NCBI GenBank assembly: GCA_035559535.1
Contig: DATMBG010000037.1
Coordinates: 1 to 64,000 of the forward strand
Reading direction: 5' to 3'
DNA length: 64,000 nucleotides
Source of the DNA: Candidatus Limnocylindrales bacterium
GTDB lineage: Bacteria; Moduliflexota; Moduliflexia; Moduliflexales; JAUQPW01
In this document: one piece after another, positions 27,922 to 38,318 of the stretch
Position numbering within the stretch: position 1 is the first letter of the stretch
Layout of the letters: every line of letters begins with the position of its first letter
Program-made: the position numbers and the translations under genes
The notes under the pieces: generated by a model
The model's database searches: none
Told to the model about the DNA's origin: nothing
What the model saw: the letters and a program-made list of their open reading frames with translations, nothing else

Positions 27922-29100
27922 ATGAAAATTGCTCTGATTATCTCTATCCTGATTCACATAGGCGTTATCATCTTTTTAAATAGTCGGTCGTGGATTCCCG
28001 ATCAGCAAAAACCTCCATCCCTTCAAATACGAGTTTCTCTAAGAAACGAAGAACAAAAAGGGGTCGGGGATAATAAAGAAGTCCAGATCCTTCCAAAACC
28101 CCTAGAAGTCGGGTCGAATCCACCCTCTTCTTTCCCCCGACCGCTCGATTTCGACTTCCCATCTGTTCCTCGACCTGAAGTAACCCATCCCTTTCAGGAT
28201 AGGCAATTTGTTGAGGATACCCTCCAACCTGTCAAACCTGAATCCAGAGGTCAGAAGAGGGTTCCGGTTCTAGAAGAAGCCCCATTACCTCCAAAACCCC
28301 CGGAATTATCCAGGGTCCTGGAAAAACCGGATAGGTCAAATCAGACGATCCCAGAACCTCCGGTGAAACCGGAAATCTGGAAACCCGAACAGGTTCCCAT
28401 GCCCCCCAAACCGATTCCAACGGTAAAAGAAATCGCTCCACAGGCAAAGAAGGCGGTAGTCAGGAACCTTAAACCGGCTCAAAAAGTGCAAAAACCCAGG
28501 CCAACAACAACTCCAAAACCGACTACGCCCGTTCCGCCTTTGTATAAACCGATTGAGCAAACCCTAACTCAAAAGGTAGAACAAAACATTCCTTCTGACA
28601 AGGAAGTTTCCAAAGAGGTGTCAACTTCTATCATTCAAACGCCACCCCAGGACTCCGGGTCAAAGATTCTAGAAACAATTCCTGGAGAGGGGGAAGATTA
28701 TCTGCCCCCTGAACAGGTTGGTATGACCACCAGCCAGGTGGGTACGGATTTTCCTGTGCCTGCAGGTCAACCATCTGCTGAAACTAAACCAAAGGAACCC
28801 GCCTCCCCCGCAGATATGAAATTTGACTCGCTGACCGATCCTGTTCCACGCTATAATCCACGCCCTGAGTATCCCCGTGAGGCCAGAAGATTTGGATGGG
28901 AAGGAACCGTACTCTTAATCATACAGGTTCTTCCTGATGGAAACACCGGGAAAATCGAGATTAAAGAAAGCTCCGGATATTCAGTTCTGGATCAGGCAGC
29001 CGTACAGGCCATTCGCAGGTGGCGGTTTACACCAGCCCAGCGGCAAGGAATATCTGTTCCTGCTACCATAGAACTTCCTGTCATCTTCAAGTTGAACTAA
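27922..29100 (+). CDS. tonB: Energy transducer TonB
   Basis: TM with SxxxH, Pro-rich linker, PEYPREARRFGWEGTV...SSG...LD.AA. Confidence 0.88.
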   Translation: MKIALIISILIHIGVIIFLNSRSWIPDQQKPPSLQIRVSLRNEEQKGVGDNKEVQILPKPLEVGSNPPSSFPRPLDFDFPSVPRPEVTHPFQDRQFVEDTLQPVKPESRGQKRVPVLEEAPLPPKPPELSRVLEKPDRSNQTIPEPPVKPEIWKPEQVPMPPKPIPTVKEIAPQAKKAVVRNLKPAQKVQKPRPTTTPKPTTPVPPLYKPIEQTLTQKVEQNIPSDKEVSKEVSTSIIQTPPQDSGSKILETIPGEGEDYLPPEQVGMTTSQVGTDFPVPAGQPSAETKPKEPASPADMKFDSLTDPVPRYNPRPEYPREARRFGWEGTVLLIIQVLPDGNTGKIEIKESSGYSVLDQAAVQAIRRWRFTPAQRQGISVPATIELPVIFKLN

Positions 29101-29136
29101 TAACCTGTGATTTCTGGATCGTAAGGGGCATTTACC

Positions 29137-29463
29137 TCATTGTTGTTTTTCCGATTTAATGGCATCACTGATCCACGTCAGGGCCCGTATGGTCGCGGGG
29201 AAACCCAGCGTTGTGACGGCCAGTACCGCAACGTGTTGAAGCTCTCTGGGCTCGATCCCAACGGCCAGAGCATTGCGCACAGCCGAATGTGTTGCACCCT
29301 CAAGCCCTGCACCAACGGCCAGGGCTAGTTTGACAAGGCGTCGGGTCTTCTCATCCAGGGGTCCTGCTTCGTGGCAGCGATCCCCTAGTTGCGTGAAAGC
29401 GTTCCACACATCGGCATAGTTATTCTTAAACTCTTCAACGGGTTGTGGTAGTTTATTTGACAT
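29137..29463 (-). CDS. Carboxymuconolactone decarboxylase/AhpD-like protein
   Basis: GPLDEKTRRLVKLALA...HSAVRNA. Confidence 0.85.
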   Translation of the reverse strand: MSNKLPQPVEEFKNNYADVWNAFTQLGDRCHEAGPLDEKTRRLVKLALAVGAGLEGATHSAVRNALAVGIEPRELQHVAVLAVTTLGFPATIRALTWISDAIKSEKQQ

Positions 29464-29644
29464 AGCTTAGTTCCTCCTTATTCAGATTCAGGGCTACAGG
29501 AAAGGAAACGCTCCTTCTCCACACCCTGCAGCACGTTCACATAGTATATAGAAAGATTCATTATCCAGAAGGGAGCGTAGGAGTCCAGGAGTGTGGAAGA
29601 CTCAACACTCTTACTCCTATCTCTATACTCTACTCTACTCTTTT

Positions 29645-32600
29645 CTATCTTTTCGCCATTTGTTCGTAAAAATGCCAGCGCTCTTTGACTGTTTCCTGAG
29701 CTTCAGCCAGTAACTTGGCGGCGACTTTGGGATCACTTTGCAACAGCATGCGGTAGCGGGCCTCATTGTAAATGTAATCCCTCAGGGGAATCTTCGGCTC
29801 TTTGCAATCCAGTTGAAGCGGGTTCTTGCCTTCCGCTTTCAAGGCCGGATTGTAGCGATAGAGGAGCCAGTAACCGGACTCAACCGCCAGTTTTTGCTGA
29901 CTCATGCCCTTGCTCATATCAATGCCGTGAGCAATGCAGTGACTGTAGGCGACAATCAATGAAGGCCCTTCATAGGCCTCAGCTTCCAGGAAGGCCTTGA
30001 CGGTCTGGGCATCGTTGGCACCCATGGCTACCTGAGCGACATAGATGTTACCGTAGCTTATAGCCATCAAGCCCAGGTCCTTCTTAGAACAGGTCTTGCC
30101 TCCCGCAGCGAATTTGGCCACCGCGCCCCGTGGGGTAGCTTTGGAGGCCTGGCCGCCGGTGTTGGAATACACCTCGGTGTCCAGTACCAACACGTTAACG
30201 TTATATCCGCTGGCCAGTACGTGGTCCAGACCGCCGTAGCCGATATCATAGGCCCAACCATCGCCACCTACAATCCATACGCTCTTCCTGACCAAAACAT
30301 CAGCGAGGCTCAACAAATCCCGTGCTGCTGGCTGATTCACATCGGCTAGTTTAGCTTTCAACTCTGCCACGCGCCGGCGTTGGGCTTCGATGCCAGACTC
30401 GTCAGATTGATTAGCCTCCAGCAGGGCTATGGCCAGATCTGCACCGATGAGATCCTGAAAATGACTCACCAACTGACGTGCGTATTCAATCTGCCGGTCC
30501 AAAGCCAGGCGCATGCCCAAGCCAAACTCGGCGTTGTCTTCAAAGAGTGAATTACTCCAGGCTGGACCCCGACCTTCTTTGTTCTGAGACCAGGGCGTGG
30601 TGGGGAGGTTGCCACCATAAATGCTGGAGCAACCCGTAGCGTTGGCAACAAGGGCCCGATCTCCGAAAAGCTGCGTGAGCAGTTTCAAATATGGAGTTTC
30701 GCCACATCCAGCACAGGCTCCCGAGAACTCAAAGAGTGGCTGCAAGAGTTGTACATCCTTGATGCTGTTGAATTTTAAGACCCCATGCCGGGAAACTTCC
30801 GGCAGGCTCAGGAAGAAGTCCCAATTTTTTCTCTCTTGCTCCCGCAGAGGTCGTTGTGGTTGCATATGGATGGCCTTGCGCCATACCCGCATTTTATCTT
30901 TCACGGGACAAACTTCCACACACAAGTTGCACCCTGTACAGTCTTCTACCGCTACTTGCAGTGTATATTTTTTGTTCGATAGCTCCCGCCAACGGGCATT
31001 GGCAGACTTAAAAGTCTCTGGTGCATTGGTCAGCATGCTCTCGTCGTACACTTTGGCACGGATGGCAGCGTGGGGGCAGACCAATACGCATTTGCCGCAT
31101 TGGATGCAGAGGTCTGGCTCCCAGACAGGGATTTCTAAGGCGATGTTGCGCTTTTCCCATTGGGCGGTTCCGGTAGGGTAGGTCCCATCGGCTGGCAAGG
31201 CGCTGACCGGCAACCGATCACCCCGACCAACGATCATCTCGGCGATTACCTTTTGTACAAATTCCGGAGCAGTAGCCGGCACCACCGGCGGTAATGGGAC
31301 AACACTGGTGACCCGATCGGGTACCTTTACTGGATAAAGGTGGGCCAAGGTCTCGTCCACAGCAGCATAATTTTGCCGTACGACGGTTTCCCCCCGCTTG
31401 CCGTAGGTCCTTTGGATGGCCTGTTTGATCTTAACGATGGCCTCATCCTGTGGTAGCACGCCACTGAGGGCGAAGAAGCAGGTCTGCATAATCGTATTGA
31501 TGCGTACACCTAAACCCAGGGCCTTGGCCACTTTGTAGCCATCAATAACGTACATCTTGAGCTTTTTGGCGAGGATCTGCTCCTGGACAGGCCTGGGTAG
31601 ATGATCCCAGATTTCGTCTGGGCCGTAAGGACTGTTGAGCAGGAAGATGGCGCCCTCTTCGACGTTTTCCAGCACAGGATAGCGCTCCAGGAAACTGAAT
31701 TGGTGGACGGCTACAAAGTTGGCCTGCTGGATCAGATAGGTACTATGGATAGGTCGGGGGCCGAAGCGTAGGTGAGATACGGTAACGGCACCAGCCTTTT
31801 TGGAGTCGTAGACGAAGTAACCCTGGGCGTAGTTAGGTGTTTCTTCACCGATGATTTTAATGGTGTTCTTGTTGGCACTCACCGTACCATCGGAGCCCAG
31901 GCCCCAAAACACAGCTCGTACCTCATCCTTCGGTTCAGTCATGAAGTTGGGATCGTAATCCAAGCTGGTGAAGGTCACATCATCTGAAATGCCAATGGTG
32001 AAATGGCTTTTGGGCGTAGGTTGGGTCATTTCGTCGAAGATACCTTTGATCATGGCCGGTGTAAACTCCTTAGACGATAGGCCGTAGCGACCTCCAATCA
32101 CCCGAGGCATATCAGGGAAAGGGGCTGTGCCGTTGGTCATGGCCTCAAAGATGGCTGTGACTACATCCTGGTAGAGGGGCTCCCCAGCGCTACCCGGCTC
32201 TTTGGTGCGGTCCAGAGCAGCAATAACTTTAACCGTGGCGGGTAGAGCAGCCACCAGATGTTCAGCCGAGAAGGGGCGGTAGAGGCGCACCTTCAGTAAA
32301 CCTACCCTTTCTCCTTGGGCTATCAGAGCATTAACGGTTTCTTCAGCGGCTTCGCAGCCAGAACCCATCAGCACGATCACCCGTTCTGCGTCCGGCGCAC
32401 CCACATAATCGAACAGGTGATACGAGCGACCTACCCTCGTGGCAAATTTGTCCATGATCCTCTGCACAATAAGGGGCGTGGTCAGATAGTAGGGATTAAC
32501 GGCCTCCCGGGCCTGGAAGTAAACATCCGGATTCTGCGCAGTACCACGTAACACCGGTCGATCCGGGGATAGGCTGCGCAAGCGGTGAGCCCGTACCAAA

Positions 32601-33193
32601 TTATCATCAATCATGGCCCGGATGTCTTCTTCCGACAGCTTTTCGATCTTCATCACCTCGTGGGAGGTGCGAAAACCATCGAAAATGTGCAAAAAGGGCA
32701 CCCGAGCCTCCAGGGTGCTGGCCTGGGCAATGAGGGCAAAATCCATCACTTCCTGTACTGAATTGGCGAAGAGCATTCCCCAGCCCGTGGCCCGGGTCGC
32801 CATTACGTCGCTGTGATCACAGAAAATGGACAAGGCCTGGGTGGCTAGAGAACGGGCTGCAATGTGAAAGACCGTGCTGGTCAGTTCACCAGCAATCTTA
32901 TACATATTGGGGATCATCAACAATAAGCCCTGGCTGGCTGTGAAAGTGGTGGTTAAGGAACCTGCTTGCAGTGCTCCATGAACAGCACCGGCTGCGCCCC
33001 CTTCAGACTGCATCTCCTGGACTACGGGTACAACCCCCCAAATGTTCTTCTCCCCCGCAGCTGCCCAAGCGTCAGCAAGCTCACCCATAGGCGTGGAGGG
33101 TGTGATGGGGTAAATGGCAATCACCTCATTGGTCTTATAGGCTACGTAGGCTGCCGCTTCATTGCCATCTATCGTTACTTGGTTACGTCTCAT
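29645..33193 (-). CDS. nifJ: Pyruvate:ferredoxin (flavodoxin) oxidoreductase
   Basis: AIYPITPS, two CxxCxxC ferredoxin motifs, GACAGCGE, GGDGWAYDIG. Confidence 0.96.
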   Translation of the reverse strand: MRRNQVTIDGNEAAAYVAYKTNEVIAIYPITPSTPMGELADAWAAAGEKNIWGVVPVVQEMQSEGGAAGAVHGALQAGSLTTTFTASQGLLLMIPNMYKIAGELTSTVFHIAARSLATQALSIFCDHSDVMATRATGWGMLFANSVQEVMDFALIAQASTLEARVPFLHIFDGFRTSHEVMKIEKLSEEDIRAMIDDNLVRAHRLRSLSPDRPVLRGTAQNPDVYFQAREAVNPYYLTTPLIVQRIMDKFATRVGRSYHLFDYVGAPDAERVIVLMGSGCEAAEETVNALIAQGERVGLLKVRLYRPFSAEHLVAALPATVKVIAALDRTKEPGSAGEPLYQDVVTAIFEAMTNGTAPFPDMPRVIGGRYGLSSKEFTPAMIKGIFDEMTQPTPKSHFTIGISDDVTFTSLDYDPNFMTEPKDEVRAVFWGLGSDGTVSANKNTIKIIGEETPNYAQGYFVYDSKKAGAVTVSHLRFGPRPIHSTYLIQQANFVAVHQFSFLERYPVLENVEEGAIFLLNSPYGPDEIWDHLPRPVQEQILAKKLKMYVIDGYKVAKALGLGVRINTIMQTCFFALSGVLPQDEAIVKIKQAIQRTYGKRGETVVRQNYAAVDETLAHLYPVKVPDRVTSVVPLPPVVPATAPEFVQKVIAEMIVGRGDRLPVSALPADGTYPTGTAQWEKRNIALEIPVWEPDLCIQCGKCVLVCPHAAIRAKVYDESMLTNAPETFKSANARWRELSNKKYTLQVAVEDCTGCNLCVEVCPVKDKMRVWRKAIHMQPQRPLREQERKNWDFFLSLPEVSRHGVLKFNSIKDVQLLQPLFEFSGACAGCGETPYLKLLTQLFGDRALVANATGCSSIYGGNLPTTPWSQNKEGRGPAWSNSLFEDNAEFGLGMRLALDRQIEYARQLVSHFQDLIGADLAIALLEANQSDESGIEAQRRRVAELKAKLADVNQPAARDLLSLADVLVRKSVWIVGGDGWAYDIGYGGLDHVLASGYNVNVLVLDTEVYSNTGGQASKATPRGAVAKFAAGGKTCSKKDLGLMAISYGNIYVAQVAMGANDAQTVKAFLEAEAYEGPSLIVAYSHCIAHGIDMSKGMSQQKLAVESGYWLLYRYNPALKAEGKNPLQLDCKEPKIPLRDYIYNEARYRMLLQSDPKVAAKLLAEAQETVKERWHFYEQMAKR

Positions 33194-33280
33194 AGCGCTA
33201 TCTCCAATCCTAATCAGTTAAATACCCGGCTCCTACCTTCGACAAACCAGGGACTCTACTTTTCTGCTTGCCAAACCTTC

Positions 33281-34450
33281 TTAATAGATAACTTGAGCTC
33301 TGAACAGAAAACCAGATTCAGTCTCTTTATGGCTATCTTGAGGTTTGACAATATCATAATCAAACATAAGTCGTACATTCTTCTGAAAATAAAGATTAAA
33401 CGCAGGCGTGATTAAGGTCGCCCCATCATCCCCTACCTCCCTATTCGGATCGGTGAAATCTACCCGAAAAACAGGTTCAAAGGCTACCAACCGCTTGGTA
33501 TTTTGAACCGGAATACGATAGGCGACTACCGTGGTAAAACCCACAAAGGTGGCGGTCTTATCTCCCCTTAAAAACCCACCTGATGGGTTATCAAAATTAT
33601 CTCCAAAATCCACCTCCCCTATCAGCCACAGCCCCTGCTCTGAGTTGGGTCGATACTGAACATCAAAACCGAAAGCCTGCACATTGGTAGAATCCACCGC
33701 ATTACCCGAACTATCCCGGATGGGGTCCCCATTGAGAGTGTTGTTAACAAAATCGGCTGCCAGATCCAATCCCTTTAAAGGGGTGACCACCACCCGACCG
33801 ACTATCTGTTTTCCATTATTAATATCAAACTTATTAAGCCCCTCTCCATTGAAAACACCAACTTGATAAGAAATATTGGTCCCCTTGCCCAGAAGGTCCT
33901 TAAAGCTTCCCAACACCGTTATGCCAATATCCCGCTCGTTATAGCGGAGGGCTTGTAGGAGATTATCCAGAGCTTTCTGTCCCACCCCTTGAAGGCGAAT
34001 CCCCCTTTCCACAGTTGGATAGGCTGTATCAGCGATGAGCTGGACGACGCTAAAGGGCTTTTTATATTGACCCAATTTTAATTGGAAGCCCGGTTCAAAT
34101 CCTACATTCAAAAAAGCATCTCGAAGAATACCTGGTTGCGTGCCATCTTTATTGGGAGCTCCATCCAGTTCAAAACGTCCCGTGATCCAGTCATTAAAAT
34201 TAGCTATAGCTCCTATGCGGGCCCGACGTATTTCAAAGGAATTACTTACGGCATCGTCCACGGTACTGGTTGTGTATTGGAGTTGAACGAAGCCGGTGAT
34301 AGTTATTTTATCTGCAAATCCAGGAATAACCTGAATTTTGGGAGTCTCTTCTTTTTTCTCCTCTACTTTCTTTTCTTCTGCAGCACCCACCATCAAGGAT
34401 AAAATTAAACTCACCAGGAAAGCTAAAATAGAGCTGTAAAGGGTTTGCAT
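33281..34450 (-). CDS. OprO/OprP-like anion-selective porin
   Basis: Signal peptide, FEIRRARIG, LRDAF, GQYKKPFS, RDIG, GVFNG; C-terminal aromatic residue. Confidence 0.75.
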   Translation of the reverse strand: MQTLYSSILAFLVSLILSLMVGAAEEKKVEEKKEETPKIQVIPGFADKITITGFVQLQYTTSTVDDAVSNSFEIRRARIGAIANFNDWITGRFELDGAPNKDGTQPGILRDAFLNVGFEPGFQLKLGQYKKPFSVVQLIADTAYPTVERGIRLQGVGQKALDNLLQALRYNERDIGITVLGSFKDLLGKGTNISYQVGVFNGEGLNKFDINNGKQIVGRVVVTPLKGLDLAADFVNNTLNGDPIRDSSGNAVDSTNVQAFGFDVQYRPNSEQGLWLIGEVDFGDNFDNPSGGFLRGDKTATFVGFTTVVAYRIPVQNTKRLVAFEPVFRVDFTDPNREVGDDGATLITPAFNLYFQKNVRLMFDYDIVKPQDSHKETESGFLFRAQVIY

Positions 34451-34467
34451 AACTTACTCCTTTCTAG

Positions 34468-36111
34468 TTAAAGCTTTATTAAACGGTTTAAGCTTTTCTT
34501 CAAGCGACAAGTCGAACAGAGGGCCAGCATAGGGGGTTGGGAATTCTTCTCTGAAAGTCTGTTTTGTACCTTCGCAAGCATTTTTGCTGGAGCGATCTCT
34601 TCCTTGCACTCTCGACAATAGATTATTTGGTCTTTAGTTAGAGAGAGGGGGCCTTTTTGCAGAAGCTCAAAATCGAGCCCTCTTTCAAGACTCAATACCT
34701 GTTCTGGGCACTGGCCAACACACTCCCCGCAAGCTACACAGGAGGCATGAGCAAAATTCAGATTATATTCTCTTCCTTCCTCTTCTATGGTTAAAGCCTG
34801 AGTGGGACAGACGCTTGGACAAATCCCACAGAATGTACAGAAGGAAGGCCCTTGAAGGGCAAGAAGACCCAGGGGAGCCTCCTTCTCAACGAGTCGCTCA
34901 TGCTTCGGGGAAACTGAACCTAGAAGGACTTTGAGAAGGGAGGAGAGATCAAAGGTGGCAAGGAGGGCCTTTCGTAAAGGCTCTCCTTGAGGAAAGGGGA
35001 GAGAGGACTGTTCCAAGGTTTCGAGAAATATTTGAAGCTTTCGGGAAAGTGCCTCTTCAGATCCTTCTCCAGCATTTAAAGAACAAAGCCTTGATCCTTC
35101 AACACCCAACGCTGCAAAGAGAGCCTCAGCGAAGTGGAGCATATTCTGAAAACGAGGATTATGACAGGCACAGGTTTGGGTAGTGCAGGACAAAAGAGTA
35201 ATTCCAGCCGCTCCCAAAGAGAGTGCCTTAAGGAGTAGAAAAGGGCTTAGAAGAGCCAGGGAGGGAAGACGAAGATCAAGGATCTGTAAAGAAGAAGTGG
35301 TAAGAGGAGCTATTATCCGTTCCAAACCTTTTCCAAGGTGTGGGGTAATCTGCTGACAGGTAAAAAGGAGCATCTTTTTGGTTGTTTCCTTCTCTCCATC
35401 CCTCAGCAGCAGAGCCAGTTGGGCATCAAGTTCTTTAGGACTGAAGGGAGGAAAAAGAATAGCTTGTTGAGGGCAGATGGAGACACAGAGCCCACACCCT
35501 GTACAATCTTCCTTTTTAATTAACACATGCCCTTCCTGGAAGAGAATAGCCCCTTCAGGACAACTGGGGAGACAGAGCCGACAACCGGTTGATGCCATAC
35601 AGGAAGAAGCCTCTACAGCAGGGATCACTTCATAATGTCGATGTAAAAGAGAGAAGAGGAGGTCCCGGCGACTGAGGGTTTGCCTATCTGGCAGTGGGGT
35701 GGACTTGAGGTAATCTGGTGTAAGACCGGCCCGTGCTTTGGCCCGCAGGGTGGCTACTAGGGTGAGGGATACAAATGTCTCTGTTCGCTCCTGGCTTTGT
35801 GAAAATTGGTCTGCTTTTTTCAATGGTGGGGTAAGGAGTTCTACAGAGAACAATTGGAAACCCACTTGTTCCAGGAGGGAAGTGAAGGAAGAGGGATTTT
35901 TCTCCTGACAACATTGAGACAATACGAGGGCCCGGAATTCCTGGATCGCTAATCGTTTCACCTGTTCGGGGAATGTCGTACACAGATCCTGGATGGAAAT
36001 AACTTGCAGGGCAGAATCATAGTTCTGGAGTGCATTGACAACCTCCTCCAGGAGGATCCCTTCTCTCCTGATACAGCCACACAGAATTACACCTACTTTC
36101 ATTTGTTCCAA
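34468..36111 (-). CDS. Polyferredoxin 4Fe-4S protein with degenerate HdrA-N / MvhD-like segments
   Basis: Four ferredoxin Cys motifs (e.g. CTGCGLCVSICP, CTFCGICPSVCP), VILCGC start, terminal CxxC pairs. Confidence 0.75.
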   Translation of the reverse strand: MEQMKVGVILCGCIRREGILLEEVVNALQNYDSALQVISIQDLCTTFPEQVKRLAIQEFRALVLSQCCQEKNPSSFTSLLEQVGFQLFSVELLTPPLKKADQFSQSQERTETFVSLTLVATLRAKARAGLTPDYLKSTPLPDRQTLSRRDLLFSLLHRHYEVIPAVEASSCMASTGCRLCLPSCPEGAILFQEGHVLIKKEDCTGCGLCVSICPQQAILFPPFSPKELDAQLALLLRDGEKETTKKMLLFTCQQITPHLGKGLERIIAPLTTSSLQILDLRLPSLALLSPFLLLKALSLGAAGITLLSCTTQTCACHNPRFQNMLHFAEALFAALGVEGSRLCSLNAGEGSEEALSRKLQIFLETLEQSSLPFPQGEPLRKALLATFDLSSLLKVLLGSVSPKHERLVEKEAPLGLLALQGPSFCTFCGICPSVCPTQALTIEEEGREYNLNFAHASCVACGECVGQCPEQVLSLERGLDFELLQKGPLSLTKDQIIYCRECKEEIAPAKMLAKVQNRLSEKNSQPPMLALCSTCRLKKSLNRLIKL

Positions 36112-36259
36112 TCCTTTGTTTGTTGCCTGTTTTCCCTAATATGGGAGGGAAGGATGGAAAGGCAGTGGAGGGATAGGATTCAGGATACCCTCTCACTACC
36201 TCCCCACAAACAACAGATCCCTTTCGATCAACTATGGCCTACTATTTGCTGCCTTTCGT

Positions 36260-37021
36260 CTATGTACTTGCCTCTAACAGATCAATAAGAGTGTGGAGAT
36301 AGTCATTCTCACACAGGAGATAACCTACCGTTACCTGGGCCAGGCCCCGATAGAAAAAAGAAGAGCTTGTTTCTGATACCTTTTTGGTAAACGTGGGAAC
36401 CCACTGCAGTAGATGCCTTGCTAAAAAGCTCTGTTCAACCTGTATCACTCCGGCTATGAGGGTTTCTTCCCTCTGCCATAATGCGGCTTCTTCTTCACAC
36501 AGGAGGGCGAGGAACTCTAACTCCACAGCAACATGATCGGGAAGATCCTTTAGATCAGAAGAGAGGACTCTTCCGGCTTCTTCATAGGCTTTAAGTACCG
36601 AGAGGGTTGTTTCTCCCATCACCATATACCCGGCTTCTCGATAAATCGACTCATAAGGGGGTACAAGCGGAGGGCCGGGCCCAACAAACAAACGGGTGTA
36701 CTCGGCCTGTAATTCCATGTAAATTGCTGAACGTGTTCTTTCTCTTGCTTCCAAAGTGAAACTTTCTAAAGTGAGCATCCCGGGAGAATATCTCAAGGGA
36801 GGAAACAGGTTCTCCTTTAGAGAGGACATAAAATACCCCTCCTGGATTCCTTCTACCAACTCATAAGTTGGCGGGTAAAATCCAGAGGTGAGCAGGTTAT
36901 ATACCAGGCTCCGCCGGGCGGCAAGCCATCCTAACTCTTTGCCTGCTTCAGCTTCCATACCCTTTGTTAATCCTGCAGGACGTGAGGTTAACAGGGGAGA
37001 TTGGGAAAGGGCTTGTTTCAT
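36260..37021 (-). CDS. TorD/DmsD family molybdoenzyme chaperone
   Basis: EYTRLF, PPYESIY, PDHVAVELEFL, FLARHL. Confidence 0.92.
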   Translation of the reverse strand: MKQALSQSPLLTSRPAGLTKGMEAEAGKELGWLAARRSLVYNLLTSGFYPPTYELVEGIQEGYFMSSLKENLFPPLRYSPGMLTLESFTLEARERTRSAIYMELQAEYTRLFVGPGPPLVPPYESIYREAGYMVMGETTLSVLKAYEEAGRVLSSDLKDLPDHVAVELEFLALLCEEEAALWQREETLIAGVIQVEQSFLARHLLQWVPTFTKKVSETSSSFFYRGLAQVTVGYLLCENDYLHTLIDLLEAST

Positions 37022-38316
37022 GATTTCTTCACCTCCGCAAGAGAAGGAACTCCCTCTTCAGGGGAAGCGCCTTCTTCTTCTATTTCAACCAAAGGGAAAA
37101 GCTTGGCACAGATGGCGAAGAAGAGAACTCCCAAAGCATAAACTCCTGCGACCAGGGAGTACTCTACCCAGGTGAGGTTATAAACGCCGTGGGGATAAGG
37201 GAGGAAGTGATCGGCATGCAACTGGGAAGGAATTGTGATGTTCCAGCGCTCGGCCAGCACTCCCAGCACCACAAGAAGAGAGGCAACCCCCACACCGAAA
37301 TCGGTACGAGTTTGTGGAAAGGCCAGAATAACAAAGGGTACCAGTAATCCCAGGATCAGGTTGAACCAGAAGACGAAGGCGAAATGTCCATAAACCATCT
37401 CCTGGAAAATGCCAAGTGCTGCTGGTTCTCTGGCAAAAGTGACGGTCAACAATTCAGCAAAGAGAAAATAGCCTAGGATAGGAATCGTAAAGAAAAGGAG
37501 ACTTCCGAGTGCCTTCACTACCTCATCCTTGATCGCTAACTTCAAGAGCTTTCTCCCCAGCACGACAGCCAAACTTACAAGGGCCAGACCCGAAACGGTG
37601 GCCGAGACCACAAACAGAGGTCCAAGGAGAGCGCTGTGCCAGCCGGGACGTGCTTTAAGAAGCCCCATAATCCAGGCAGTAACAGAGTGAAGTGCCACTG
37701 CCAGAGGAAGAGCGATAATGGCCAGACCTCTTAAAATCTTACGATCCCTTTGTAACGCTTTCTCAGAAGTATCGGTATATCCCAGGGCGAGGAACCTATA
37801 GAGCCCCCGCTTCTGGGGGATCGCTTCCATACATTTCACCAGATCTGCACGGGTTCCGAAATAGCCATAAGCGAGACCCACCAACAGATAGGTTGTGATG
37901 ACGATAACATCCCAGATCAGAGGGGAACCCAGCCGCCCATAGGCCAAGAGATGCCAAATCCGATCCGGTCGCCCAAGATCAAGGGTAATAAAAATGGTGG
38001 CCAAGACCAGGCAGCCAATGGCTAAAAGCTCTGCAATCCGGGCCACTGATTTGAATTTCTGAATATTAAAGGCGTGTACCAGAGAGGCTACAATGACACC
38101 ACCGGCACTCAAGCCGATAAAGAAGATAAAGTTGACGATGTAAAACCCCCAGTAGGTTGGTGTATTCATCCCTGTGACGCCTAATCCATAGATAAGCTGA
38201 TAGGAATAGGCATATAGGGCCCAGGCAATAATAAGTCCAAGGACGACCACAGTGAGATAATACTTTGACCCTGTATGCATCAACGGTTGGAGATATTTTT
38301 CTTCTAAACGATTCAT
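37018..38316 (-). CDS. NrfD/PsrC-family quinone-interacting membrane subunit
   Basis: GLGVTGMN...WGFYI, DLGRPDR, SPLIWD, about 10 TM. Confidence 0.9.
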   Translation of the reverse strand: MNRLEEKYLQPLMHTGSKYYLTVVVLGLIIAWALYAYSYQLIYGLGVTGMNTPTYWGFYIVNFIFFIGLSAGGVIVASLVHAFNIQKFKSVARIAELLAIGCLVLATIFITLDLGRPDRIWHLLAYGRLGSPLIWDVIVITTYLLVGLAYGYFGTRADLVKCMEAIPQKRGLYRFLALGYTDTSEKALQRDRKILRGLAIIALPLAVALHSVTAWIMGLLKARPGWHSALLGPLFVVSATVSGLALVSLAVVLGRKLLKLAIKDEVVKALGSLLFFTIPILGYFLFAELLTVTFAREPAALGIFQEMVYGHFAFVFWFNLILGLLVPFVILAFPQTRTDFGVGVASLLVVLGVLAERWNITIPSQLHADHFLPYPHGVYNLTWVEYSLVAGVYALGVLFFAICAKLFPLVEIEEEGASPEEGVPSLAEVKKS

Positions 38317-38318
38317 AA

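Noticed and set aside
29645-33193. nifJ as evidence of nitrogen fixation
   Set aside because: It is a general PFOR; no nif structural genes are in the window.
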